The notes under the pieces are model-generated. The model searched no databases. It was not told the DNA's origin and was given only the letters and a program-made list of their open reading frames with translations. A stretch of DNA of 64,000 nucleotides from Deltaproteobacteria bacterium HGW-Deltaproteobacteria-2 (GTDB lineage Bacteria; Desulfobacterota; Syntrophia; Syntrophales; Smithellaceae). This document shows, piece by piece, positions 29,625-39,348 of this stretch (within the stretch, counting starts at the first letter, position 1; every line of letters starts with the position of its first letter). The DNA lies in NCBI GenBank assembly GCA_002840505.1, contig PHBC01000003.1, positions 569,340 to 633,339 of the forward strand, in the 5' to 3' direction. The translations under genes and the position numbers were made by a program.

Positions 29625-30728
29625 TTAAAGTATGGTTCTCCTTCCGTTGTATCTTTCGGTATCGTAATATTTCTTCACGTCAACTAATTGCAATTTATCG
29701 ATAACCCCTTCCAGAGGCGCAGTGGCAATTTCTCCGCGCTGCAAACTTACCATACGTCCGAAATCACCCCTGACAATCATATCAACGGCACCAATACCAA
29801 ACCACCGGGCCATCAGGCGGTCATGGGCCGAAGGTGTCCCGCCCCGTTGGAGATGGCTCAAAATGATATGACGTGATTCCAATCCTGTTTTCTTTTGAAT
29901 TTGATTTGCGATATAAGCGGCTATTCCACCCATCGAAACATGTCCAAAATCATCAACCTGACTGTCTTTTATAAATTCTTGCTGCCCCAGAGGTTTAGCC
30001 CCTTCGGCAACCACTATGATGGAATATTTTATTTCCCGGCCCTGCCGTTCACGCAAAAGCTCGCATACTTTATCCATATTGAAAGGATGCTCTGGTATCA
30101 GGACAATATAAGATCCGCTGCTCTCACCGCCGCGCAGAGCAAGCCAGCCCGCACTGCGTCCCATCGTCTCCACAACAAAAATACGGCTGTGCGAACCGGC
30201 AGTAGTTCTTAAACGATCGATTTCCTCCATAATAATATTCACTGCTGTATCAAAGCCCAGAGAATATTCTGTACCCGCGAGATCCATGTCTATCGTCTTA
30301 GGTATTCCTACTGTCTTGATGCCCAATTTATGTAACTTATAGGCAACACCCAGAGTATCTTCCCCACCGATAGCAACAATGACATCAATGCCCAGTTTCT
30401 TGATGTTTTCAATTAACTTTCCCGAACGGTCACTTTTCGGATTAAAGGGATTTGTTCGCGATGTTCCCAGATTTGTTCCGCCATAACGATCCCAAGTTCG
30501 AACGATTTCTTCGTCGAGAGGTTTGATATACTTCGCGCAGCTTTTTTGATCATCCGGATCAACCTCTATTATGCCTTTCCAGCCTTCGGTAATACCGATG
30601 ACTTCGAAGGATATGGAACGTTTCGCCACCATTTTGGGATCAAGCGCGCTTTTTGTGACCCATTTGATTGCTCCATTTAATCCGGGACAATCTCCTCCTC
30701 CAGTCAATACCGCTATTTTCATTTTCAT
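29625..30728 (-). CDS. pfkA: 6-phosphofructokinase, probably PPi-dependent
   Basis: TGGGDCPGLN, GGTNLGTSR, GGEDT, PKTID, ETMGRSAGWLA, QRGG. Confidence 0.92.
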   Translation of the reverse strand: MKMKIAVLTGGGDCPGLNGAIKWVTKSALDPKMVAKRSISFEVIGITEGWKGIIEVDPDDQKSCAKYIKPLDEEIVRTWDRYGGTNLGTSRTNPFNPKSDRSGKLIENIKKLGIDVIVAIGGEDTLGVAYKLHKLGIKTVGIPKTIDMDLAGTEYSLGFDTAVNIIMEEIDRLRTTAGSHSRIFVVETMGRSAGWLALRGGESSGSYIVLIPEHPFNMDKVCELLRERQGREIKYSIIVVAEGAKPLGQQEFIKDSQVDDFGHVSMGGIAAYIANQIQKKTGLESRHIILSHLQRGGTPSAHDRLMARWFGIGAVDMIVRGDFGRMVSLQRGEIATAPLEGVIDKLQLVDVKKYYDTERYNGRRTIL

Positions 30729-30963
30729 ATTTTTTTACTCTCCGAAATTTTGAAAATTAAAAAAACATCAACAAGGTTTATAAGGGACATAAATAAAAAT
30801 ATCTTATCAGTTTCCGGTAATTTTTTACAAGGGAAACTCTTTCTTGTGTCAATAACATATTAACGTAAAAATATCATTGTCCTCATTTTATGCCTGTTAT
30901 GGATGCTTGAAATATTAACTAAAAGAATATATATATGTGTAAAATATCCTGACAGGATTATTC

Positions 30964-31908
30964 ATGACAGAAAAAGAACCGGAAAAATGGCTGAAAATTG
31001 AAATATCGGCTCCCGCAGAACTTATGGACGCGTTGGGTAATTTTCTCACAGAAACCGGCGCTCAAGGTGTATTCCAGGAATCATCAACTCCACAACATAC
31101 TGCCGGAGATTTTCCGGAACCTGTAATTGAAGAAATACTTAAAGCCTACTTCCCGCAGGACAGCCGCAGCGAAAAAAGAATTGCTAACCTGAATAAATAT
31201 ATAGAAAGCCTCTCGGAAATATTCCCCGATTTTGAAAAGCCATCCCTGACGACCGAAATCATCTGTGATCCCGACTGGGGTGAACAATGGAAAAAATATT
31301 TTAAGCCCATACGGGTAAGCAACAATATTATCGTTAAACCGACGTGGGAAAGGTATACGCCTTCCAGCCGCGATATCGTCATTGAAATCGATCCCGGAAT
31401 GGCATTCGGCACCGGTCAGCATGCATCTACCAGAATGTGCATAGAAGCTATTGAAAATGTAATGATGAAAGACCGTTCTATCAAAGAATGGAAAGTTCTG
31501 GACGTTGGCTGCGGCACAGGAATCCTGGGCATTACTGCCGCTAAAATGGGTGCTCAGGATGTCATCTGTGTGGATGTTGATAAAAAGGCTGTGGAAATTG
31601 CCGCTGAAAATGCGGCCATTAATAATGTCAAGTCTTCTTTGCGTATTCTAAATAAAAATGTCGCTGCCATTGACAAACCACGCAATTTAATCATTGCCAA
31701 TCTTACTGCAAAACTGCTTTTAACTCTCCGCCCAAACCTTATTCAATTGCTTTTGCCGGAAGGATACATGATTATTTCGGGCATAATTGAACAGGACGTC
31801 AAAAATATCGAGGAACAATTTATCGCCGACCTACTTACCATATATCAAGTAATCACGGAAAAAGAATGGGTCTGCTACATTCTCCACAAGAAAACCGCCA
31901 GCGCTTAA
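30964..31908 (+). CDS. prmA: 50S ribosomal protein L11 methyltransferase
   Basis: DWGEQWKKYFKP, IDPGMAFGTGQHAST, LDVGCGTGIL, IANL. Confidence 0.97.
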   Translation: MTEKEPEKWLKIEISAPAELMDALGNFLTETGAQGVFQESSTPQHTAGDFPEPVIEEILKAYFPQDSRSEKRIANLNKYIESLSEIFPDFEKPSLTTEIICDPDWGEQWKKYFKPIRVSNNIIVKPTWERYTPSSRDIVIEIDPGMAFGTGQHASTRMCIEAIENVMMKDRSIKEWKVLDVGCGTGILGITAAKMGAQDVICVDVDKKAVEIAAENAAINNVKSSLRILNKNVAAIDKPRNLIIANLTAKLLLTLRPNLIQLLLPEGYMIISGIIEQDVKNIEEQFIADLLTIYQVITEKEWVCYILHKKTASA

Positions 31909-31958
31909 CCGTGACATTCTGACTACTGAAACATCAAAAATTTGAGGAAAATTAAACC

Positions 31959-32732
31959 TTGACCATTCCCCGAATATACAGCCCGGAGCCTCTGGAGAAT
32001 AAGACAATCTGCGAACTGGGCGCGGACAATTTAAAGTATTTAAAGCAGGTAATGCGTCTTAAACAAGGTGATAAAATCAAAATATTTGATGGTTTCGGTC
32101 TGGAGTTTGAAGCCGTAATTAAAGACTTTTCTGCAAAATCCGTCCTTATAGAATTAGGGGAAATAATTCCAGCAACAACTAAGGAAATTTGCATCACGCT
32201 GGCTCAGGCAATTCCCAAAGCCGGTAAGATGGATACTATTGTGAAAAACGCAGCCGAACTGGGAGCGGATGTAATTATTCCTTTTGGCGCCGCACGTTCA
32301 GTTGGCCGAATTGCCGATGAAAAAAGCTCTTTAAAAGTAACGCGCTGGCAAAAAATAGCCGGGGAAGCAGCACGCTGTTGCCACAGCAGTCATATAACAA
32401 AAATCTCGAAAGTTTCATCTTTTGCTGATATGCTAAACGCCGCTTCTAGTGATGCGTTGAAATTAATTTTCTGGGAAGAAGAATCACAAAAAACAATTAA
32501 AGATGTATTGACTGATAAAACTCTTGTTGACACGAAAAATTTCTTTATCATTATTGGACCGGAAGGTGGTTTTTCCAAAGACGAAATAAAAATGGCCCAA
32601 GGAAGAGGATTCATCTCGGTTAGCCTGGGCAAACAAATTTTAAAAGTGGAAACGGCGTCAGCAGCAATAATATCCATAATCCAATACGAAAAAGGAATTT
32701 TCAGCAATAGACTGCCGGAGGTAAAAAAATGA
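31959..32732 (+). CDS. rsmE: 16S rRNA m3U1498 methyltransferase
   Basis: VMRLK.G, ELG, IIGPEGGFS..E, SLGKQILKVETA. Confidence 0.96.
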   Translation: MTIPRIYSPEPLENKTICELGADNLKYLKQVMRLKQGDKIKIFDGFGLEFEAVIKDFSAKSVLIELGEIIPATTKEICITLAQAIPKAGKMDTIVKNAAELGADVIIPFGAARSVGRIADEKSSLKVTRWQKIAGEAARCCHSSHITKISKVSSFADMLNAASSDALKLIFWEEESQKTIKDVLTDKTLVDTKNFFIIIGPEGGFSKDEIKMAQGRGFISVSLGKQILKVETASAAIISIIQYEKGIFSNRLPEVKK

Positions 32733-33247
32733 CCATTTACAAATTCGCCGGTTTTTGGCGTCGACTGATAGCTTTTATGATCGACAACACAATTGTCACT
32801 ATAATTTTTTCTGTTTTCTGCATAATCGCTGCAACGGCATATGTATTTGGTGCGATTTCTTCAAATAGTGACGCCTGGATTGTTGATTTAACTGATCCGA
32901 CATCTTCTTTTTCAATAATGCTTATGTCCTGTCTGCTTTATTCTGTTATAATGTTTGGTTATTTTACTTATTTCCATGGCGCGACAGGACGCACGCCGGG
33001 TAAAATGCTTCTCGGTTTGCAGGTAGTTTCTGCTGACGGAGCACCGATTTCTTTCGGAACGGCTTTTTTGAGAACAGTCGGCTACCTGGTTTCAAGTTTA
33101 TTATTTACCTTTCCCCTTGGTTTTATCTGGGCAGCATTTGACAAAAGAAAGCAGGGATGGCACGATAAAATAGCCGGGACGGTCGTTATTATCAGAGAAC
33201 AGCAAAATAATACTGTAGGTATATCAATTTCCGAGAATCCTAATTAA
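32729..33247 (+). CDS. RDD family membrane protein
   Basis: AGFWRRLIAFMID, GRTPGK, QGWHDKIAGTVV. Confidence 0.92.
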   Translation: MTIYKFAGFWRRLIAFMIDNTIVTIIFSVFCIIAATAYVFGAISSNSDAWIVDLTDPTSSFSIMLMSCLLYSVIMFGYFTYFHGATGRTPGKMLLGLQVVSADGAPISFGTAFLRTVGYLVSSLLFTFPLGFIWAAFDKRKQGWHDKIAGTVVIIREQQNNTVGISISENPN

Positions 33248-33342
33248 TATACCAACCTCGTAAAATAGCTAAGAACAAGGAGAAACATTGAAATAACTGA
33301 TAATTAGACTTAAAATAACAAATGCAGGCAGCCAAAAAAGCC

Positions 33343-33371
33343 TTGACAAAAGAAACCTTATTCTATAGACG
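33343..33371 (+). promoter_or_regulatory. Putative sigma70 promoter of tRNA-Phe
   Basis: TTGACA-17-TAGACG, ~30 nt upstream of the tRNA. Confidence 0.45.
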
Positions 33372-33402
33372 ATTGCCTGCTTTTGAATTAAATTAACAAT
33401 AT

Positions 33403-33478
33403 GGGTCGGTAGCTCAGTCGGTAGAGCATCGGACTGAAAATCCGAGTGTCGACAGTTCAATTCTGTCCTGACCCACCA
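33403..33478 (+). tRNA. tRNA-Phe (GAA)
   Basis: GGGTCGG/CTGACCC acceptor stem, AGCTCAGTCGGTAGAGC D-arm, anticodon loop CTGAAAA, GTTCAATT T-loop, encoded CCA; 76 nt. Confidence 0.97.
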
Positions 33479-33486
33479 TTAGAATC

Positions 33487-33529
33487 AAGGGGTTGTAAGT
33501 TTTAAAGAAGCTTGCAGCCCTTCTTTTTT
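33487..33529 (+). terminator. Rho-independent terminator after tRNA-Phe
   Basis: GGGTTGTAAG...CTTGCAGCCC stem followed by a T-run. Confidence 0.6.
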
Positions 33530-33540
33530 GGGGAATTGTG

Positions 33541-33572
33541 ATCTCACCCCGGACGACAGGCCGGGGTGAGAT
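33541..33572 (-). terminator. Hairpin downstream of the glycyl radical enzyme gene
   Basis: Perfect 12-bp stem ATCTCACCCCGG/CCGGGGTGAGAT. Confidence 0.55.
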
Positions 33573-33598
33573 TAAAATTATTCAGATAAAATAATTGT

Positions 33599-35998
33599 TT
33601 AACAACTAAAAGACTGCTCCGTTCTCTTGATAATTTCATCCTGAATCTTGTTGTCCAGGTCGATGTAATACGCAGAGTACCCGGCAACCCTGACGATGAG
33701 GTTCTCATATTTATCCGGTTTCTTCTTCGCATCCAACAAAGTCGCCTTGCTCACGCAATTAAACTGAACGTGATGGAGCCCCATATCACGCACAGTCTTG
33801 AGATACCCCCTCATGAGCTCATAGTTCTCCGGTTCGAAGAATACCGGCATGAACTTTTGATTGAGGAGCATGTTGCCGGTCTTGAGAGGATCGACCTTGG
33901 CAACGGATCTTATCGTAGCCGTCGGGCCACTGATGTCTCTGCCCTGAACCGGGGAGATCGTTCCGTCGTGGAGAGGCTCAGCGGCCCTTCTTCCATCAAA
34001 GGTTGCCGGCATCAGCATTCCGGCATTTATTGGACCTGATGCGGTTGTACCGTCCATGATATATCGGTTACCGTATATGTCGATTGACTTGTCGCACTCC
34101 TCTTTAACTTTGACCATGATATCTCTGGAGAACATGTCGACATAGTCGTTATCGTTACCAAACCTCGGCACCTCCTCCTCAATCATCTTATAGAGCTTCT
34201 CGTACTGGCCCTCGTAGTTGTTATCCACTGCCTTTACGAAATCCTCTAATGTGTATTTCTTCTTTTCAAAAACAAGCATCTTTATCGCGGCAAAAGCGTC
34301 TGCTGCGTTATTGCATCCCAATACGAGATGGTGACGCAGCCCCAGGTACTCCCAATCCCTCATGTCGCATGCCTTCTCAATATTGCCATCGAGTATTGTA
34401 GACAGGAACGGGCGGGGAACGTAAACCTTCTGGAGCACATCTGCCGTATTGGCAAGCTGTGTCAGCACCATTATCGCGTGTTCTATCTGCCTGCAGAAGG
34501 CTTTCCAGACATCGTCAATTGTTTTCATTGTCGATACGGGTGGCGTTTTTACGCTCATTTGAGCTCCGAGGAGATTACCTTCATTAAGTGCCAGAGTTAA
34601 GCACATCGGAAGTATCAAAGCACCGGTATGGCCTGCCCGATAATGAATGTTTTTGCCCGGTATTACAGGCTGCATGCAGTTGTTGATGCTGTAATTTCTT
34701 GCATCCTCTACGCTTGCGCCGATACCCATGAGTCTGGGTACGTTCACCTTGTCATTGAACATTGCCGGCTGCGAACATCCGGTGCGGACACATTTAAAAA
34801 CGGCATCGAATAGTTCCGTCGGTGTTCCGTCGTGCATACGGACAGCTATCTGCGGGGCAACGGTCTGGAGCTCTCCCGTTACCTCAAGCGCTATATAGGT
34901 GATCTCATTCGTCATGTCATTGCCGAAATCATCGAGTCCGCCCAATGTCATCGTCTGCCAGCCGAGTCCTCCGCCACCGTTGTTGACCCACTGCGGAGGC
35001 TGCACATATCCGCCCTCCTGCATTTTCACCCAAACCGATTCGACCAATTCCTTCGCGCCCTCTCTTGTAATAACCTTTTTCTTAAGATCATTCTCGTAAT
35101 ACGGGTATAATACCTTATCAAAACGAATGCCGTTTCCTACCTGAGGAACGTCAATGTAGTTCACCATATAGTTTATAAAAATAAAACACTGGATAGCCTC
35201 GTGTAGATTTCTTGCCGGTTCTGCCGGTACGCGATTACATACTTCTATCATCTTATCGAGTTCTTTTAATCTCTTGGGATCTTTAATCTTCTTTTTCTCA
35301 TCCTCGAGAAGTTTCGCGTATCTCTTGCCCCAACGGGCCACCGCCTCGCAGGATATCTTCATCGCGCGGAGCTCATCGAGCATGTTCATGCGCTTTTCAG
35401 TTTGGATGGAAATGTCGTTCATCACCTCTTCAAACTTCTTGTCTATCTCGGCAATTATCCCGCTCATTCCGACTTTCATTACCTTCTCGAAATTCGGAGT
35501 ACACATTTCCCATTGCCACATCCATGCACCTGAAGGGAGTGTGCCGACCTTCCATGGAATCCAATCCGGTACATAGGCCCTCTCTCTTCCCTGAATACTG
35601 CAATGCTCCCAATACTTGAACTGTTCGTCGAGTTCAGCCTTCTCTGCATCGTTCAGCATCGCGGAGTAGTCCGGAAGAGTTCTGATGGTCTTGGAAAGCC
35701 ATCTCCAGTAAAGTTCCGGATAGATGGGCACGCTTGCCTCTGTACTGGCAAAGCATCCGACCAAAAGCTCATTAGGTCTTGTATAGAGAGTCATCGTGTC
35801 CAGATATTCCGCCATTGCCTTTGCCCTTCTTATAGCGAAGGATTCACCTTCCGTCTCCTTGTAAACCTTGGTTGCCACCCTGGAGCGCTCCAGACAGATT
35901 CTCATTCCTGTTTTAACGGCTCTTTTATCAGCGACACGGCCTAAAGTTTTGATGTGCGTGTCGTCGCGTAATAACTGATTTCTTGCTGTAGATGCCAT
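33599..35998 (-). CDS. Glycyl radical enzyme (PFL2/GRE superfamily), substrate unknown
   Basis: C-terminal LIVRVAGYSAYY glycyl motif, Cys loop YSINNCMQP, ICLER and RRAKA N-terminus, 799 aa. Confidence 0.93.
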   Translation of the reverse strand: MASTARNQLLRDDTHIKTLGRVADKRAVKTGMRICLERSRVATKVYKETEGESFAIRRAKAMAEYLDTMTLYTRPNELLVGCFASTEASVPIYPELYWRWLSKTIRTLPDYSAMLNDAEKAELDEQFKYWEHCSIQGRERAYVPDWIPWKVGTLPSGAWMWQWEMCTPNFEKVMKVGMSGIIAEIDKKFEEVMNDISIQTEKRMNMLDELRAMKISCEAVARWGKRYAKLLEDEKKKIKDPKRLKELDKMIEVCNRVPAEPARNLHEAIQCFIFINYMVNYIDVPQVGNGIRFDKVLYPYYENDLKKKVITREGAKELVESVWVKMQEGGYVQPPQWVNNGGGGLGWQTMTLGGLDDFGNDMTNEITYIALEVTGELQTVAPQIAVRMHDGTPTELFDAVFKCVRTGCSQPAMFNDKVNVPRLMGIGASVEDARNYSINNCMQPVIPGKNIHYRAGHTGALILPMCLTLALNEGNLLGAQMSVKTPPVSTMKTIDDVWKAFCRQIEHAIMVLTQLANTADVLQKVYVPRPFLSTILDGNIEKACDMRDWEYLGLRHHLVLGCNNAADAFAAIKMLVFEKKKYTLEDFVKAVDNNYEGQYEKLYKMIEEEVPRFGNDNDYVDMFSRDIMVKVKEECDKSIDIYGNRYIMDGTTASGPINAGMLMPATFDGRRAAEPLHDGTISPVQGRDISGPTATIRSVAKVDPLKTGNMLLNQKFMPVFFEPENYELMRGYLKTVRDMGLHHVQFNCVSKATLLDAKKKPDKYENLIVRVAGYSAYYIDLDNKIQDEIIKRTEQSFSC

Positions 35999-36130
35999 AA
36001 ATAATTTCCCCCTTTTGTTGTTTGAAGATAAAACTATTTATTTGTTCTTTTTAAACCATGGTTACCATTTAATTTTACACACTCACATTCTTTAAGACCA
36101 ACAGCTTTTAATCAATTCAATTATTACCAA

Positions 36131-37918
36131 TCATCGACATAATATAATCTGACGCTGTACAATGTTCTCCGGCATTTCAACGACCTTGGCGCGAAAATAT
36201 TCACCAAGTGTTTTCGCCTGAGGATCCATGCGGAGAGACGAGGCAACGCCGTCTCCGAGAATTCCTCTAATGTAGAAATTTACAGCGAGAAGATTCGGCA
36301 GTTCATAACGCTCGATTTCAAAATTCTTCAAATCCTTCATGATTTCTTTTAGCTTTTCAGGAGTTAAATACTTTTCCAGCCATGCGTAGCCTTCCGGTGT
36401 CTTTGCCCAAACGCCGAGATTTGCATTGCCGCCTTTATCACCGGAACGGCTTGCGAACACTCTGCCCATAGGTGCCCTGACAGTTTTACCTTCCGATACT
36501 TTCGGAACTTTTATTTTGAGCGGAGCGGGAGAGGCATAGCCCGGAACCGGTTTTACAAACTCTATATTAAACTCGTTTCCGCCGACTACGACATGCTGGT
36601 TAATATGCTTTGTTGACATGAGAGCTGGCCAGTATATGAGCGCCGGGATTCCCTTCGCGGGCATAGCCGTAAGAGTAAAACCCGGAATGTTCGCCAGCGC
36701 CAGTTCAACGACTCTGGCGGAGAATTTATCCACCTTCTTTTGGTCATTATCGATCACGGACAGGCGCAGGTACGCGAAAGCTTCTTCGTTGCTCGCCGGA
36801 TTTTCACTATTCGAACGGACAAGCTGGACATCGCACACCTGGAATTGGTTCCTGCCGCCGATAGCGTCAAACAAAGCATCTTCCACTATTTTCGCTTTCT
36901 TCTCTATATCGAGGCCAGTGAGCACGACAACCGATGAATTGCGGTATCCGCCGAGAGTATTGATGCAAACCTTTGTTGTATCGGTCGGTGGCTCACCTTT
37001 GACGTTTTTTACAAGGACTCTATCCGGCCCGTTTTGGGAAATATCGATAGTATCAAAGCGCGCTACGACATCCGGTGTAAGATAGCTCGGAGTGCTGATC
37101 TCATACATGAGCTGAGCCTTTACCGTATCAACAGAAACAAGTCCGCCGGTATCGGGATGTTTCGTGATAATGAACGAACCATCCGGATGCACCTCGGCAA
37201 TGGGAAATCCTACCTTCCTGAAATCCGGTACATCGTCAATGAAGGAATAATTTCCACCTGTCGCTTGCGCTCCGCACTCTATGATATGGCCTGCCGTATA
37301 AGCCCCGGCAAGCTTATCCCATTCGTTTTCCTTCCAGCTATACCACCAGGCGGCCGGGCCAGCAACAACAGAGGCGTCGGCGATTCGCCCTCCCACAATA
37401 ATATCAGCACCTTCTTCCAGAGCCTTCACAATGCCCCAGCACCCAAAATAGGCATTTGCCGTCAGCACCATACCCTTCGCGTCCTTCAGAGGTATATTTT
37501 TATCCATATGAATAAATTCTTCACCTATGCCTTGAAGTTCAGCCAACCGCGGCAGGAGGTCATCTCCATCAATATACGCAATCCGGGGATGCAATCCAAG
37601 TTTGGCGGATAAAGCTTCCAGCTCCGCGGCCAATCCTTTGGGATTAAGGCCTCCGGCATTGGAAACGATTTTTATTTTCTTATCGAGGCACTCGCCCATT
37701 ACCTCTTCCATCTGAGAGAGGTACGTCTGGACGTATCCGCCATTGGGGTGCTTCATCTTTGTTCTAAAAAGTATCGCCATGGTGAGCTCTGCGAGGTAAT
37801 CACCGGTGAGAAAGTCAATTGGTCCGCCCTGTACCATCTCTTTTGCGGCGCTTAATCTATCGCCGAAAAATCCGCTGCAATTTGCTATGATAACCTTATC
37901 TTTGTTTCTATCTCCCAT
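36131..37918 (-). CDS. atuA: Acyclic terpene utilisation protein AtuA family (DUF1446)
   Basis: NCSGFFGDR, DYLAELTM, GHIIECGAQATGGNY, RSGDKGGNANLG, DPQAKTLGE. Confidence 0.9.
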   Translation of the reverse strand: MGDRNKDKVIIANCSGFFGDRLSAAKEMVQGGPIDFLTGDYLAELTMAILFRTKMKHPNGGYVQTYLSQMEEVMGECLDKKIKIVSNAGGLNPKGLAAELEALSAKLGLHPRIAYIDGDDLLPRLAELQGIGEEFIHMDKNIPLKDAKGMVLTANAYFGCWGIVKALEEGADIIVGGRIADASVVAGPAAWWYSWKENEWDKLAGAYTAGHIIECGAQATGGNYSFIDDVPDFRKVGFPIAEVHPDGSFIITKHPDTGGLVSVDTVKAQLMYEISTPSYLTPDVVARFDTIDISQNGPDRVLVKNVKGEPPTDTTKVCINTLGGYRNSSVVVLTGLDIEKKAKIVEDALFDAIGGRNQFQVCDVQLVRSNSENPASNEEAFAYLRLSVIDNDQKKVDKFSARVVELALANIPGFTLTAMPAKGIPALIYWPALMSTKHINQHVVVGGNEFNIEFVKPVPGYASPAPLKIKVPKVSEGKTVRAPMGRVFASRSGDKGGNANLGVWAKTPEGYAWLEKYLTPEKLKEIMKDLKNFEIERYELPNLLAVNFYIRGILGDGVASSLRMDPQAKTLGEYFRAKVVEMPENIVQRQIILCR

Positions 37919-37965
37919 AAAAAGTCCCCCGTGTATTTATGAACAATTCACTGTTTAATGCCCCG

Positions 37966-38690
37966 TTATTTGCCGGAGAATTTCGGTTCCCGTTTCTCGA
38001 TGAAAGCGGTGATCCCCTCCTTCGCGTCCTCTGTGGCGGCCACCTCCAGCAGCTTGCCTGATAGAAATTCAAGCGCGTCATCAAGCGACATGGACGCTGC
38101 ACTATGGAAAGCTGCTTTCCCGATCTTTATGCCTATCGGGCTTTTTAATATCAGATTATTCAATATTGAATTAACAGTGCTGTCCAACTGGTCGACAGGA
38201 ACAACTCTAGTGACCAAACCCATGGCAAGCGCGTCTTTTGCTGCAATCTTTTCGCCGAGCAGAATCATTTCCATGGCTTTCTTCATGGGAACATTTCGGA
38301 ATATAAGAGCACCGATCATCATCGGCCAAAGACCGACATTTACCTCCGGTGTGCCGAACTGCGAATCCTCACCGGCAACAACAATATCGCACGCAAGCAT
38401 GAATCCCATGCCGCCGGCCAGACAGTACCCCTTAACGCGCGCACGTACTTGGCAAATACATCCATTCCCTCCACCGGCTCGCTACCGGCAAGTTGTGCGC
38501 CCGCGCTAAAACACTTATCTCCGGCACCTGTTATCAGGAGAGAGCGCACATTCGCGTCCTTTTCCGCCGCGTCCAGATATTCATGAAATAATTTTATAAC
38601 TATAGGAGAAATGGTATTGCGCTGCTTTTCGCGATTGATTGTTATATATGCCACACTGTTTTCGACTTTATAGAGAAGTTCCTCAGACAT
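37966..38690 (-). pseudogene. Enoyl-CoA hydratase split by a frameshifting internal deletion
   Basis: Frame 1 MSEELLY...FSAGAQL...FAKY ends at 38445. After 2 nt, frame 2 resumes ARVKGYCLAGGMGFMLACD...PEVNVGL. The usual 'K P.(V/I)' segment before ARV is missing. Confidence 0.8.
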
Positions 38691-38785
38691 AACGCAACCT
38701 CCAGTCTAATTTAAAAAAACATTTCTTTTTATATTTCTAACAGGAAATCCGGCCCCGTCCCGGATACTATATATTTTGCAATCTT

Positions 38786-39313
38786 CTATGACGCTTTAAC
38801 CTCATCTTCGGCACACTTTTCAATGTCTACCAGTATCTCACCCGGCATTACCTTTTGCCCCTCTTTAACATTGATCCTGGTTACCTTTGCCTTAAAAGGC
38901 GCGGATAGAGTGGTTTCCATCTTCATGGCGGAAACGACCACTACAGATTGTCCTTTTTCTACCTCATCACCCTCCGATACCATTACGCATACGACAACCG
39001 ACGGCATCGGAGGTGTAATCTCCTGAGGCATATCCTTGCCGCCTTTTTTGCGTCCTGCTGATCTTGCCAACTCATCCGCATCCTGAACAAGATACGCGAT
39101 GCCGCCCACGTGAACTATTTTGCCGGTGCCGTCATCGGATATAAAAGTATTTACCGCCTCGCCGTCTACTTCAAGATACAACTGATTGGCAGATACATTC
39201 CTGTATCGTGCGGTAATACTCCTGCCGCTGACCACCGCCGATATCGTCTCATCGTCCACACGGTTTGCTTCTATCGGAATATCCTGTCCTGCTATTCTTA
39301 ATGTGTAGTTCAT
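38786..39313 (-). CDS. Biotin carboxyl carrier protein (with BT-like N-terminal part)
   Basis: PPMPSVV...SAMKME biotinylation motif. Confidence 0.92.
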   Translation of the reverse strand: MNYTLRIAGQDIPIEANRVDDETISAVVSGRSITARYRNVSANQLYLEVDGEAVNTFISDDGTGKIVHVGGIAYLVQDADELARSAGRKKGGKDMPQEITPPMPSVVVCVMVSEGDEVEKGQSVVVVSAMKMETTLSAPFKAKVTRINVKEGQKVMPGEILVDIEKCAEDEVKAS

Positions 39314-39348
39314 ATAATTTCTGCCTCATCAGACTTTTGGAACACTTA

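Noticed and set aside
33269..33460. 63-aa minus-strand ORF (HSDFQSDALPTEL)
   Set aside because: Antisense translation of tRNA-Phe.
33599..35998. Calling the GRE assA/bssA or pflB
   Set aside because: The Cys loop differs from CMSP and CC, and there are no small subunits or activase nearby, so it cannot be assigned.
38340..38470. Programmed ribosomal frameshift in the hydratase
   Set aside because: No slippery heptamer, and sequence appears to be missing rather than merely shifted.
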